24,925 bases of DNA from Candidatus Micrarchaeia archaeon. GTDB taxonomy: Archaea > Micrarchaeota > Micrarchaeia > Anstonellales > J096. A program made the translations under genes and the position numbers. Below, piece after piece: positions 1 to 8,620 of this stretch. Position 1 is the first letter of the stretch, and the number at the start of each line of letters is the position of its first letter. Location of the stretch: positions 1 through 24,925 of the forward strand of contig JBGQMB010000014.1 in NCBI GenBank assembly GCA_041500405.1, read 5' to 3'. The notes under the pieces were generated by a model. It did not search any database. It was not told where the DNA came from and saw only the letters and a program-made list of their open reading frames with translations.

Positions 1-2847
1 AACCCGGCAATAACGTTCACAACGCCGACAGACAACTCCAGCGCAGCATACGCGAGGAGGTACGTCGAAATCACCGCAACGTCAACAGACGCGAACCTCA
101 AGAACGTAACAGTCTACCTGTACAACTCAACGGGCGGACTGATAAACACGAGCACTTCGACATCAAGCCCGCTGTCCGCCAACTTCAGCGTGAACGATGA
201 CGGGAACTACTCCTTCAACGCGACAACATTCGACAATGCAGGGAACATGAACAAGACCGAGACAAGGAACATAACCATTGATACGGTCACCCCGACGATA
301 GAGTTCCCAGGCCCAACGACCAACTCGACCGACTTCACGCCAATAAACTACATAACAGTCAACGCCTCGGCATCAGACGAAAACCTTGACACGATAACAA
401 TATACCTGTACAACGAAACGGAACTATTCAACTCCACAAACTCCACAACAAGCCCGTCCTTCATAAACTGGACCAATCTCCCGGACGGGACTTACCACTT
501 CAACGCGACTGTCTCGGACAACGCGGGCAACATCAACAGCACCGAGACAAGGAACGTGACAATAGACACGCTAAACCCGACGATAGAGTTCCCGGGCCCG
601 ACAACAAACACAACAGACTACACTGCAGCAGACTACGTCACAATAAACGTCTCGGCTGAAGACGCAAACCTTGACACGATAACAGTATACCTGTACAACG
701 ATACAGGGCTCTTCAACTCCACAAACTCCACAACAAGCCCGTCCTTCATAAACTGGACGGGCCTTCCGGACGGGACCTACTACTTCAACGCAACAGTCAA
801 CGACAGCGCCGGAAGGGCGAACAGCACAGAGACAAGGAACGTCACAATCGACACGGTCAACCCAACAATAGAATTCTCCGACCCGACAACCAACTCAACG
901 GCTTCAACAGCGCAGACATGGATATACCTTAATGTCTCGCCGGCAGACGCGCACCTCAACGAAACAGTGCTCTATCTGTACAACGCGACGGGACTGTACA
1001 ACTCCACAAACACGACATCCTCTATAAACTGGACCAATCTCCCGGACGGAACGTACTACTGGAACGCGACCGTATCGGACAAGGCAGGCAACCTCAACAG
1101 CACGGAAACAAGGACCATGACAATTGACGCGACAGGGCCGGCGATAGTTTTCGCGGCGCCGACAGACAACTCAAGCACGACATACAGAAGGCTGTACGTC
1201 ATCATAAACGTCTCCGCGACCGACATGAACCTCAGCAACGTGACAATATTCCTGTACAACTCCACGGGGGCGCTGATAAACTCCAGCACCTCAACGACGA
1301 GCCCGCTCTTTGCGAACTTCAGCGTGGATGCATACGGGACTTACTACTTCAACGCGACGGCGTACGACGGCGACGGGAACTTCAACAGCACCGGGACAAG
1401 GACATTTGTCTGCAGCCTGGCCACAGGAGGGGAAAGCCATGGCGGGCCTTCCGAGGAGGTCCCGACGGTCCACGACCTTGAGATACTGCCGATAGGCAAC
1501 ATCACCGCGACAATGGGCAACAGCACAAATGTCGCAATGGTCATAAAGAATACTGGCAACACGGCGGAACAGAACATAGAGGTATACATCGAGGGCAGCC
1601 TGGTCTCCATCAACTTCACGATACCGAACCTGTACGCCAACGAGTCGGTAACCGCGAACATGGCAGTGATACCTTCCGGCTCCGGAAATATCAGCGCAAC
1701 CGCGTTCGCCAGGAATGGAAATGCGGAGGCGAACAGGACATTCACAATAACGGTGGTTTCGCAGTGCGTTTTGGATTCAGACTGCCCCGCAACCCAGCAC
1801 TGCAGCGGAAATGCCTGCATAGACAGGCTTCCTGACAACGCATCCTGCACCGAATCCAGCGAGTGCCTCAGTAACAGCTGCCTTGGCGGCGTGTGCGGCG
1901 AATGCAGGGGCGACTCCGACTGCGCGGAGAGCCAGGTCTGCACAGCCGGCAAATGCGAGGAAATCCCCGGAGAATGCGGATACTTCTCCAGCCACGCGTT
2001 CTTCCCGTACCAGTGCTGCGCCGCTTCCGACTGCGGGGCCCTGGAGCAGTGCGCCAACCACACCTGCGTTGCGGCCGAATTCATAATCATACAGGAAGGC
2101 GAGCCTGCCGAAAACCAGAGCGTCTCGATCGTCATCGTGGACATAAACGGCGTTCCGATACCCGGAATCCAGGTTATAGGGGACGGCTTCACGGACAAGG
2201 ACGGCCGCGCGACGGTCACAGCCCCGCCCGGCGGCAGAATCTGCATAGTCTTCGGCAACGAGACAATATGCAAGAAGATGGACGTCAGCCGGATAGCCGA
2301 CATATTCGTGGAGGGCCTGCCGATAGAGGGCAGGGAGTTCGGCGTCGCGGTAAGGGACCTCAACGAAACGCCGGTGCGCTCAGTCGACATATTCATCAAC
2401 GGCAGGCTTTCGGCAAAGACGGACGAGAGCGGCCGGGCGTCAGTAAGCGTGCCCAACAGCGGGGACGCGGCCATAGGCGGGCTCAAGCCCGGATACTCAA
2501 TAAGGAACATAACGGTCAATGTAATCGACAGCAAAACCATATGCGACCTGCCGTTCAGGGCCTACCCAGTCGTGCCCATAACGCAGGACTACCACCTGCT
2601 GCTGCTTGCGATATCAATAGTGCTGATGGCTGTTTCGTTCCTGGTAATGAGAAGGATAAACGTCCCGATCATCCCGTCGCTGGCATACGCGGCGCTCCCT
2701 GCAACAACGATGCTGTTTGAAGGGGCCGCCTGCGACATGTTCACTGCAAGCGCGGTCGTGCTCGGGGCAGGCACCGCGGCGTTCTGGTACATGCTTTTGA
2801 GGAACATGGCCAAGCGAGGCAAGGGCGGACCGGCGCCCAAGCGGTGA
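1..2847 (+). CDS. Large cell-surface glycoprotein (5'-truncated): tandem ~95-aa Ig-like repeats, CARDB-like domain, Cys-rich modules, C-terminal transmembrane helices
   Basis: Frame is open from base 1 (NPAITFTTPTDNSS...) into the 190..2847 ORF. Five repeats of the type P.I.F..PT.NS...Y.LYN.TG...NWT.LPDGTYYFNATV.D.AGN.NSTETR.VTIDT. Very dense N-x-S/T sequons, C-x5-C-x5-C-x4-C modules at 1765-2067, about three hydrophobic helices then a basic tail. Confidence 0.85.
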   Translation, partial: NPAITFTTPTDNSSAAYARRYVEITATSTDANLKNVTVYLYNSTGGLINTSTSTSSPLSANFSVNDDGNYSFNATTFDNAGNMNKTETRNITIDTVTPTIEFPGPTTNSTDFTPINYITVNASASDENLDTITIYLYNETELFNSTNSTTSPSFINWTNLPDGTYHFNATVSDNAGNINSTETRNVTIDTLNPTIEFPGPTTNTTDYTAADYVTINVSAEDANLDTITVYLYNDTGLFNSTNSTTSPSFINWTGLPDGTYYFNATVNDSAGRANSTETRNVTIDTVNPTIEFSDPTTNSTASTAQTWIYLNVSPADAHLNETVLYLYNATGLYNSTNTTSSINWTNLPDGTYYWNATVSDKAGNLNSTETRTMTIDATGPAIVFAAPTDNSSTTYRRLYVIINVSATDMNLSNVTIFLYNSTGALINSSTSTTSPLFANFSVDAYGTYYFNATAYDGDGNFNSTGTRTFVCSLATGGESHGGPSEEVPTVHDLEILPIGNITATMGNSTNVAMVIKNTGNTAEQNIEVYIEGSLVSINFTIPNLYANESVTANMAVIPSGSGNISATAFARNGNAEANRTFTITVVSQCVLDSDCPATQHCSGNACIDRLPDNASCTESSECLSNSCLGGVCGECRGDSDCAESQVCTAGKCEEIPGECGYFSSHAFFPYQCCAASDCGALEQCANHTCVAAEFIIIQEGEPAENQSVSIVIVDINGVPIPGIQVIGDGFTDKDGRATVTAPPGGRICIVFGNETICKKMDVSRIADIFVEGLPIEGREFGVAVRDLNETPVRSVDIFINGRLSAKTDESGRASVSVPNSGDAAIGGLKPGYSIRNITVNVIDSKTICDLPFRAYPVVPITQDYHLLLLAISIVLMAVSFLVMRRINVPIIPSLAYAALPATTMLFEGAACDMFTASAVVLGAGTAAFWYMLLRNMAKRGKGGPAPKR
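427..758 (+). repeat. Identical 47-bp direct repeat (427-473 and 712-758) marking the 285-bp intragenic repeat unit
   Basis: TTCAACTCCACAAACTCCACAACAAGCCCGTCCTTCATAAACTGGAC occurs twice, 285 bp apart. Confidence 0.9.
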
Positions 2848-2851
2848 TTCC

Positions 2852-3739
2852 TTGATTGTCATAGCCGGAGGGAATGGCAGGCTGGCCAGCTACATAAGGC
2901 AGATACTGCCTGGCGCAAAGACTCTGGGCACAAGGGGATGCGACCTAAACACGGACTATTCGGTAAAGGACCTTAAGGAAAAGCTTAAGAGGGCAAAGAC
3001 GATAATCAACACGGTTGGAAAGGTGTTCGGCACATATGCTGAGATAAAGAAGGCGAATGTTGAAACCACGGACGCCCTGCTTTCCGCAATGCCGAAGGAC
3101 TGCGCGTTCATACAGATATCGTCAATATCGGTCTACGGCAAGAGCCTTGCTAAAAAGCCTGCCGACGAGGAGACAGAGCTAAGGCCCGATTCCGCGTACG
3201 CGAAGACAAAAGAGGAGGCAGAAAGGCTCGTCAGGCAGAAGGCAGCAAGGCACGTGATACTGAGGCCGGGCCCGATATACGGGACAAAATACCACGACTA
3301 CCTCAAGATGATGGACATGTGCGCCCAGGGAAAGGCAGCGATAATCGGGAATGGAAACAACATAATACCGTTCACGAACGCCTGGGATGTGGCGAATGCG
3401 GTAAAGCTTGCCATGGTCAAGAAGGCGAACGGAACCTTTGTCATAGTCGGAAGGCATATAACGCAGAAGGAGGCAATGGAGGAGATGGCAAGGGACATTG
3501 GCGCAAAGGCCGCGAAGCATGTCCCATACTGGCTTGCCTGGCTCTATGCAGCCTACTGCGAATATATCGGCAAATGCTTCATGAACTTCGAGCGCCTCGG
3601 CATAATGGCGAACGACAGGCCGTTTTCAACGAAAAAGGCGGAAAGGGCTATGGGATTTAAGCCTTCCGATGCCAAGGAGGGCATAAGGAATATGGCAATC
3701 TACTACAAGTCGGGTGGAAGATATGGGAAAGACATATGA
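2852..3739 (+). CDS. NAD-dependent epimerase/dehydratase (extended SDR)
   Basis: N-terminal IAGGNGRLA Rossmann motif, ISSISVYG, catalytic YAKTK (YxxxK), ILRPGPIYG; TTG start. Confidence 0.85.
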   Translation: MIVIAGGNGRLASYIRQILPGAKTLGTRGCDLNTDYSVKDLKEKLKRAKTIINTVGKVFGTYAEIKKANVETTDALLSAMPKDCAFIQISSISVYGKSLAKKPADEETELRPDSAYAKTKEEAERLVRQKAARHVILRPGPIYGTKYHDYLKMMDMCAQGKAAIIGNGNNIIPFTNAWDVANAVKLAMVKKANGTFVIVGRHITQKEAMEEMARDIGAKAAKHVPYWLAWLYAAYCEYIGKCFMNFERLGIMANDRPFSTKKAERAMGFKPSDAKEGIRNMAIYYKSGGRYGKDI

Positions 3740-4472
3740 TTACATAATGGAAAAGTTCAACCGCGGGGAAAAGATGCTGTTCTCGCTCATAGACCCGCTG
3801 GACTATATAAGCATCGACAAGGCGGTAGAGACTGCGAAGAACGCGGACGAGGCCGGGGCGGACGTCGTGCTGGTAGGCGGCTCCCTCGGCGTGCAGGGCG
3901 AGATGCTTGACAATGTCACAAAAAGGATAAAGGAAAGCGTTCACGTGCCGGTCATACTCTTCCCCGGCAACATCGCGACAGTGACAAAGTACGCTGACGC
4001 GCTTTATTTCATGAGCTTGCTGAACTCAAGGAACCCCTATTGGATAACAAGGGTGCAGATGATGGCTGCGCCGGTTGTCAAGAAGATGGGCATAGAGACC
4101 CTTCCGGTCGGCTACATAGTCGTCGAGCCCGGCGGGACGGTGGGCTGGGTCGGGGACGTCGACATAATACCACGGGCAAAGCCCAAGATAGCGGCTGCGT
4201 TTGCCATGGTTGCGGAAACGTTCGGGTTCAAGTTCGTTTTGACTGACGCCGGAAGCAACCCAAAGGACGGCCACATACCGGTTGAGTTCATATCCGCGGT
4301 CAAGAAGTCCATTTCAATACCCTATATAGTAGGAGGGGGCATAAGGACGCCGGAGCAGGCGAAGGCGGTCGTCAAGGCCGGAGCCGACATAATCCAGGTC
4401 GGCACGGCCTTCGAGGGCGATGGCAAAAAGGACAAAATCAAACAGTTCGTTGACGCGATAAAGAAAAAATGA
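3723..4472 (+). CDS. Geranylgeranylglyceryl phosphate synthase (group II GGGPS/PcrB family)
   Basis: SLIDP, VGGS, LFPGN, FMSLLNSRNPYWI, GYIVVEPG, DAGS, VGGGIR and GT motifs. ATG 3723 is preceded by SD-like GGTGGA. Confidence 0.93.
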   Translation: MGKTYDYIMEKFNRGEKMLFSLIDPLDYISIDKAVETAKNADEAGADVVLVGGSLGVQGEMLDNVTKRIKESVHVPVILFPGNIATVTKYADALYFMSLLNSRNPYWITRVQMMAAPVVKKMGIETLPVGYIVVEPGGTVGWVGDVDIIPRAKPKIAAAFAMVAETFGFKFVLTDAGSNPKDGHIPVEFISAVKKSISIPYIVGGGIRTPEQAKAVVKAGADIIQVGTAFEGDGKKDKIKQFVDAIKKK

Positions 4473-5180
4473 CTATTTCTTCAGCGACCTGTCGCCATCA
4501 TTGAACCTTGCCTGTATGTGGGCGCCGTTGCAGAACGGCTTGTTGCCGGAATATCCGCAGCGGCAAAGCGTGACGCGATTCCTGGTTTCGTATTTTTTGC
4601 CGTTCTGGGATTCTATCGGCACGCCGCCCTTTACCCAGATGGGGCCGCTTGCCCCCGCGCCCGGGTCCTCCACAAGGCTTATCGACTTTTCAAAATGCGG
4701 CTCAATAGGCTTTTTTGTCTTTTTGTCAATCGCGACAAGCCTGCCTGACGGGCAGTAGCACGCCTCCTTTATTGCGGTTTCCCTAGCCTTGGGGTCATCC
4801 GAATGCATAGTAAGACTCCAGACCTTTCCTGCCCTTTCGCAGAACCTGGCAAGCGAGCACAATTCAATCGCATCCGCCAAATCCAGCTTCGGGCCCAAGA
4901 TTGTGTTTGCCTGTTTTTTGAACGGTTCGCGCGACGCGGTTTCAGTGCCTATGAATCCAACTTTGGCGTGCGTTCCGTCGCAATAAGGCTTGCCTTTCGA
5001 CTGGCCGCAGCGGCACAGCGCGTACTTCTCAAAAGCAGGATATCCTTCCCCCTTTTTCCATTTTTCCGGTATGCCGTCCTTGCCCGGAACGATTATCTCC
5101 TTTGCAAGCCTAAGCCCGCCGGAGACAAGGTACGGACCGTCCTTCTCAATCACGATTTTTGCTCCCTTGGATTCGGCCAT
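4473..5180 (-). CDS. CDGSH iron-sulfur domain protein (two CDGSH domains around a divergent ferredoxin-like cluster)
   Basis: CRCGQSKGKPYCDGTH and CRCGYSGNKPFCNGAH, central CSLARFC...CPSGRL, GPYLV/GPIWV motifs. Start taken at MAESKG (ATG 5180). Confidence 0.9.
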   Translation of the reverse strand: MAESKGAKIVIEKDGPYLVSGGLRLAKEIIVPGKDGIPEKWKKGEGYPAFEKYALCRCGQSKGKPYCDGTHAKVGFIGTETASREPFKKQANTILGPKLDLADAIELCSLARFCERAGKVWSLTMHSDDPKARETAIKEACYCPSGRLVAIDKKTKKPIEPHFEKSISLVEDPGAGASGPIWVKGGVPIESQNGKKYETRNRVTLCRCGYSGNKPFCNGAHIQARFNDGDRSLKK

Positions 5181-5183
5181 GGT

Positions 5184-5224
5184 AAACGCCCGGTTTTTCC
5201 CTGGGCTTTTTATGAAAAAGCCCA
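5184..5224 (-). repeat. Palindromic element 3' of tRNA-Ala (copy 1, left half only)
   Basis: Minus strand TGGGCTTTTTCATAAAAAGCCCAGGGAAAAACCG; 32/34 identical to 11064-11097. Confidence 0.85.
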
Positions 5225-5226
5225 AA

Positions 5227-5298
5227 TGGACTCAGGGGGATTCGAACCCCCGACCTCTCGCGTGCAAGGCGAGCGCTCTACCACTGAGCTATGAGCCC
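5227..5298 (-). tRNA. tRNA-Ala(TGC)
   Basis: GGGCTCA/TGAGTCC acceptor stem with G3:U70, anticodon arm CTCGC-CT-TGC-AC-GCGAG, GTTCGAATC T-loop, discriminator A, no encoded CCA; TATA-like TTTTTAAATA about 25 nt upstream. Confidence 0.97.
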
Positions 5299-5435
5299 CT
5301 GGACATATATGCTGTCGGCAAATATTTAAAAAACAGCGTCCGCTCCCTCTGCCTTTCAGGAGCATGCCGTTTCCGTCGTCATCCGACGTTGGGGGCTTGG
5401 CAATCTTTTTAAAACGTGCCCTGCCACCAACAGTC

Positions 5436-6686
5436 ATGGCAGAAGCCAGGAAGTTCTATGAGCTGGGCATTTCCGAGAGAAGGGATGCGCTTGCAAAGGA
5501 GGGGGTTCCAAAGGCCAGCCTTGACGCAATCTCAAATCCAATGTCTGTTGATGAGCTTGACGGCATGGTGGAGAACACCATCGGCGCAGGCTCGCTTCCG
5601 ATAGGCGTAGTGCGAGACTTTGTCATGAACAACAAAAAATATCTTGTCCCGATGATGCTGGAGGAGCCTTCAGTGGTGGCCGCGGCAAGCAAGGCGTGTA
5701 AGCTAACGCTTCCGGGCGGATTCATCGCACAAAGCCTTGGCAATGAGATGATAGGCCAGATACAGGTGAAAGTCAGCGACGCGGCGGCCGCGGAAAGGCT
5801 TGCGGAACAGGCCAGGCCCGAAATGGAGAGGCTCGGCAAGGAATCCGTTTCAAGCCTTGAGAAATACGGGGGCGGATGGAGGGGCATGTCATTCAAGGCG
5901 CTCAAGACGTTCAACGGCGACTACCTGATAGCGGATTTCTATGTTGACGTCGGGAACGCCATGGGCGCGAACAGGATAAACACGGCTGCGGAAGAGCTTG
6001 GCCAATATGTTGCCGAGGCGGTCAACGGCAGGTATGTGCTCAGGATACTTTCAAACCTCGCCACAAGAAGGATGGTAAGGGCAAAGGCGGTTTGGACAGA
6101 GGAGAAAATAGGCAAGGAAGGCGTGGATGGCGTGATTGACGCATATGCATTCGCGCTCAACGATCCTTACAGATTGGCGACCAACAACAAGGGCGCGATG
6201 AACGGCATAGACGCGGTCGCGCTTGCTACAGGCAACGACTGGAGGGCGATAGAGGCGGGCCTGCACACCTATTCCGCTATGATTGGCATGAAGCCGTTCA
6301 TCTCATATTCCATTGAGAAAGGAAACCTAATAGGCATTTTCGAGGGGCCGCTTGCGGTCGCCACCGCCGGCGGCGCAATAGGCACGCTCAAGCACGCAAA
6401 GGCGTGCCTTTCGCTTCTTGGGGTGAAATCCGCCGCCGAGCTGGCGCAGGTCATGGGGTGCATAGGCCTTGCCAACAACTTCGCCGCCACTTATGCGCTT
6501 TCGACGGAAGGCATACAGAGGGGCCATATGAAGCTGCACGCAAGGAACATCGCCATACAGGCGGGCGCAGAGGGCGCGGAAATAGGCATTGTGGCAAAAA
6601 GCCTTTCCGAAAGCCGGAAGTACGACTCCGAGACCGCGAAGTCAATCCTTGAAGGCCTTAGGAAAAGGAATAAAAAGACATCATGA
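5436..6686 (+). CDS. mvaA: Hydroxymethylglutaryl-CoA reductase, class II (bacterial/degradative type)
   Basis: ENTIG, EEPSVVAAAS, NAMGAN, ILSNL, TNNKGAMNGIDAV..ATGNDWRAIEA, GIQRGHMKLH. ATG 5436 lies 30 nt after TATA TTTTTAAA (5406). Confidence 0.93.
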   Translation: MAEARKFYELGISERRDALAKEGVPKASLDAISNPMSVDELDGMVENTIGAGSLPIGVVRDFVMNNKKYLVPMMLEEPSVVAAASKACKLTLPGGFIAQSLGNEMIGQIQVKVSDAAAAERLAEQARPEMERLGKESVSSLEKYGGGWRGMSFKALKTFNGDYLIADFYVDVGNAMGANRINTAAEELGQYVAEAVNGRYVLRILSNLATRRMVRAKAVWTEEKIGKEGVDGVIDAYAFALNDPYRLATNNKGAMNGIDAVALATGNDWRAIEAGLHTYSAMIGMKPFISYSIEKGNLIGIFEGPLAVATAGGAIGTLKHAKACLSLLGVKSAAELAQVMGCIGLANNFAATYALSTEGIQRGHMKLHARNIAIQAGAEGAEIGIVAKSLSESRKYDSETAKSILEGLRKRNKKTS

Positions 6687-6710
6687 CAACAGCCTTTCAG
6701 TGATAATAAT

Positions 6711-7079
6711 ATGCCCGGACTGAAAATATCGCACAGCCTCCTTCCTTTGAGGCTTTCAACAAGGGGGCCAGACAACACGGCCGATTTGACCATCACGGTG
6801 CACAACACCGCTGAAGAGGAGAAGATTGTTTCTGTTGACATCAACATCCTTTCCAAGGGACTGCTCGGATTCGACAGGACCATGGTGCACAGGAAGGCGA
6901 CAAAGAACCTCGGAACCATACCGCCGCACGGCGAGTCATCCTTCATTGCAAGGGTGTTCTGCTCCCCGCAGACGGAGCAGGGGTCATACTCGATGCAAAT
7001 CGTTGCGTTTGACCACTACCTTGACTTCGAAAAGGTCCTAGACAAGACTTCCAAGACGTTCGACATAAGGGTAGTATGA
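6711..7079 (+). CDS. Hypothetical protein, probable single Ig-like beta-sandwich
   Basis: Alternating beta pattern (LTITVHNT...LGTIPPHGESSFIARV...GSYSMQIVAF); follows mvaA closely. Confidence 0.65.
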   Translation: MPGLKISHSLLPLRLSTRGPDNTADLTITVHNTAEEEKIVSVDINILSKGLLGFDRTMVHRKATKNLGTIPPHGESSFIARVFCSPQTEQGSYSMQIVAFDHYLDFEKVLDKTSKTFDIRVV

Positions 7080-8513
7080 GACATTGCGTATCTCGATGCT
7101 CTTTCTTACGCCGAAAGTGACATAGGAAAGAACCCTTATCATTATGCCGTTTGCGGACAGCCTCAGCCTTGCGTCAATGCCTTCAACGGCTTTCCTGAAC
7201 GACGCCGCTATTCCGAGGATGTAGCCTATTGCCCTGCTTTTTGCAATCGACGCCTTTTTCGCCGCGCTTAAGGCGGCTGCAGGCGCCCTGGCTTTCGTTT
7301 TTCCTGGGCTCAGGAAAAGCGCCCTCATTGAGGAGACGCTTAAGCTTCTTATCATGCTGATGCCGAGCGCCGCAAGCGGGATTGCGCAAACCGCAGATGC
7401 GGAAAGGCCGGTTTTGGACCTGCTCAGCGCCGCCCTCGGCACCAAGGCAAGCGCGCTTCCTATTCTGATTGCGGTTTTTGCCCTGAAGTATGACATCGAG
7501 AATGATATCCCCTTTTTGGCTGCCCCTGTTGGCGCTTTCCATGCTCCGAAAAACGGCTTGGGCGCATTTGCCATTGGCGCGGCCGGCCTTGATCTTGCTC
7601 CCGCGCTTCCCGCAGACGCAAAAACCGCAAACACTGGCATTGCAGAAGCGCCAGCGCCAACTTTTTTTGTACCAGACATGAGCCTGGCAATTTCCGCCCT
7701 ATCTCTAATGGCGCGCCTGGCCTTTGCCTTGCCAGCAATGGCCCTGCCCCATTCCCTGTCGCTTTGCTTGGAGTTGTTTATTGCCCCGTAAAACAGCATG
7801 CCGTCGTGCATCATATACGAGACAACGACGTTTGTCATGTTGCTGTCCTTACAGTGCAGCCCAAAGCTCAAAAAGAAAGGGACGTTTATCTCCCTTATCA
7901 CGTGCCAGCCTGCCTTTGCATTAGAGAAAATGCTGTTCATTTCCTGTTTCTGTTCCCCTTTCATGAAGCTGCTGATGTTGAATTTCCCGATGACCCTGTC
8001 CCTGTGCAGGCCCTTGTCATATCCGGTTTTCCTTTTGTAGGCGTCTATGTTGTCGTCGTATTGCCTGCTTGCGTAAATGAGCGTTCCGTTGCCGTCCATT
8101 ATGAACTCAAGGGTTGGTATTTCGTGCGGCTTCGCGCCGGCATTGACAAGCTCCGTAATGTCATACTCAACTTTCATTCTCTTTATTTCGCCGTTGTCTA
8201 TGAACACCGCCTGCATCAGCTTCAGGGTCTTCCCATTTTCATTTGCAAAGCGCTCAGTGTCGCTTATTATCCCGAACGCCCTGTCGCTTTTGCCTATTGT
8301 CTCGGTGCGGATTGTCTTGCGGACCAGCCTCTGCCCGACAGCGGCGGATGATATGGGAACAAGGAACGAATCGGAGTCTGTAATCTCCTTGAACATGCCG
8401 ACATAATCCTTTATATTGCAATTTGGGATGTTGCCCTGCTTTGCCGTTTTTTGCACATTGTTAAAGACGGGCGATTGGGCTATGCCTGCCTTGTTCTCGG
8501 TTATTTTTCCCAC
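7038..8513 (-). CDS. Hypothetical protein with possible PAS-like domain and long basic Ala-rich C-terminus
   Basis: 491-aa ORF; GTG start 30 nt from TATA TTTATAAA (8536-8543); FIMDGNGTLIYAS...TGY...VIGK segment. Confidence 0.7.
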   Translation of the reverse strand: MGKITENKAGIAQSPVFNNVQKTAKQGNIPNCNIKDYVGMFKEITDSDSFLVPISSAAVGQRLVRKTIRTETIGKSDRAFGIISDTERFANENGKTLKLMQAVFIDNGEIKRMKVEYDITELVNAGAKPHEIPTLEFIMDGNGTLIYASRQYDDNIDAYKRKTGYDKGLHRDRVIGKFNISSFMKGEQKQEMNSIFSNAKAGWHVIREINVPFFLSFGLHCKDSNMTNVVVSYMMHDGMLFYGAINNSKQSDREWGRAIAGKAKARRAIRDRAEIARLMSGTKKVGAGASAMPVFAVFASAGSAGARSRPAAPMANAPKPFFGAWKAPTGAAKKGISFSMSYFRAKTAIRIGSALALVPRAALSRSKTGLSASAVCAIPLAALGISMIRSLSVSSMRALFLSPGKTKARAPAAALSAAKKASIAKSRAIGYILGIAASFRKAVEGIDARLRLSANGIMIRVLSYVTFGVRKSIEIRNVSYYPYVERLGSLV

Positions 8514-8620
8514 GTTTTTCAGTTGTCAGATTTGATTTATAAATGATTGCAATGCCTGCGCCGCCCCGCGCATTCCCCGTTGTAGTCGTTTTATAAACCG
8601 TTTATTCCACAAACTACGAC

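Noticed and set aside
1..1410. AAC-rich repeats as a possible DGR template/variable region or CRISPR array
   Set aside because: Differences between copies are not adenine-specific, no reverse transcriptase is present, and the repeats are in-frame protein domains rather than repeat-spacer units.
1344..2540. 398-aa antisense ORF
   Set aside because: Codon-aligned shadow of the surface-protein gene, with no motifs; expected from the codon bias.
1893..2720. 275-aa Arg/Gly-rich alternative-frame ORF
   Set aside because: Composition is typical of an off-frame reading of GC-rich coding DNA.
5356..5382. Minus-strand ATGACGA...CTGA resembling a second C/D sRNA
   Set aside because: Box C is degenerate, there is no C'/D' pair and the spacing is non-canonical.
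5181..5435. ORF-track N-terminal extensions of the CDGSH protein (to 5225) and HMGR (from 5364)
   Set aside because: The extensions translate the palindrome or cross the TATA box; downstream ATGs fit the family N-termini. The same applies to asnS (10970), hisS (23557) and the PRTase (17813).
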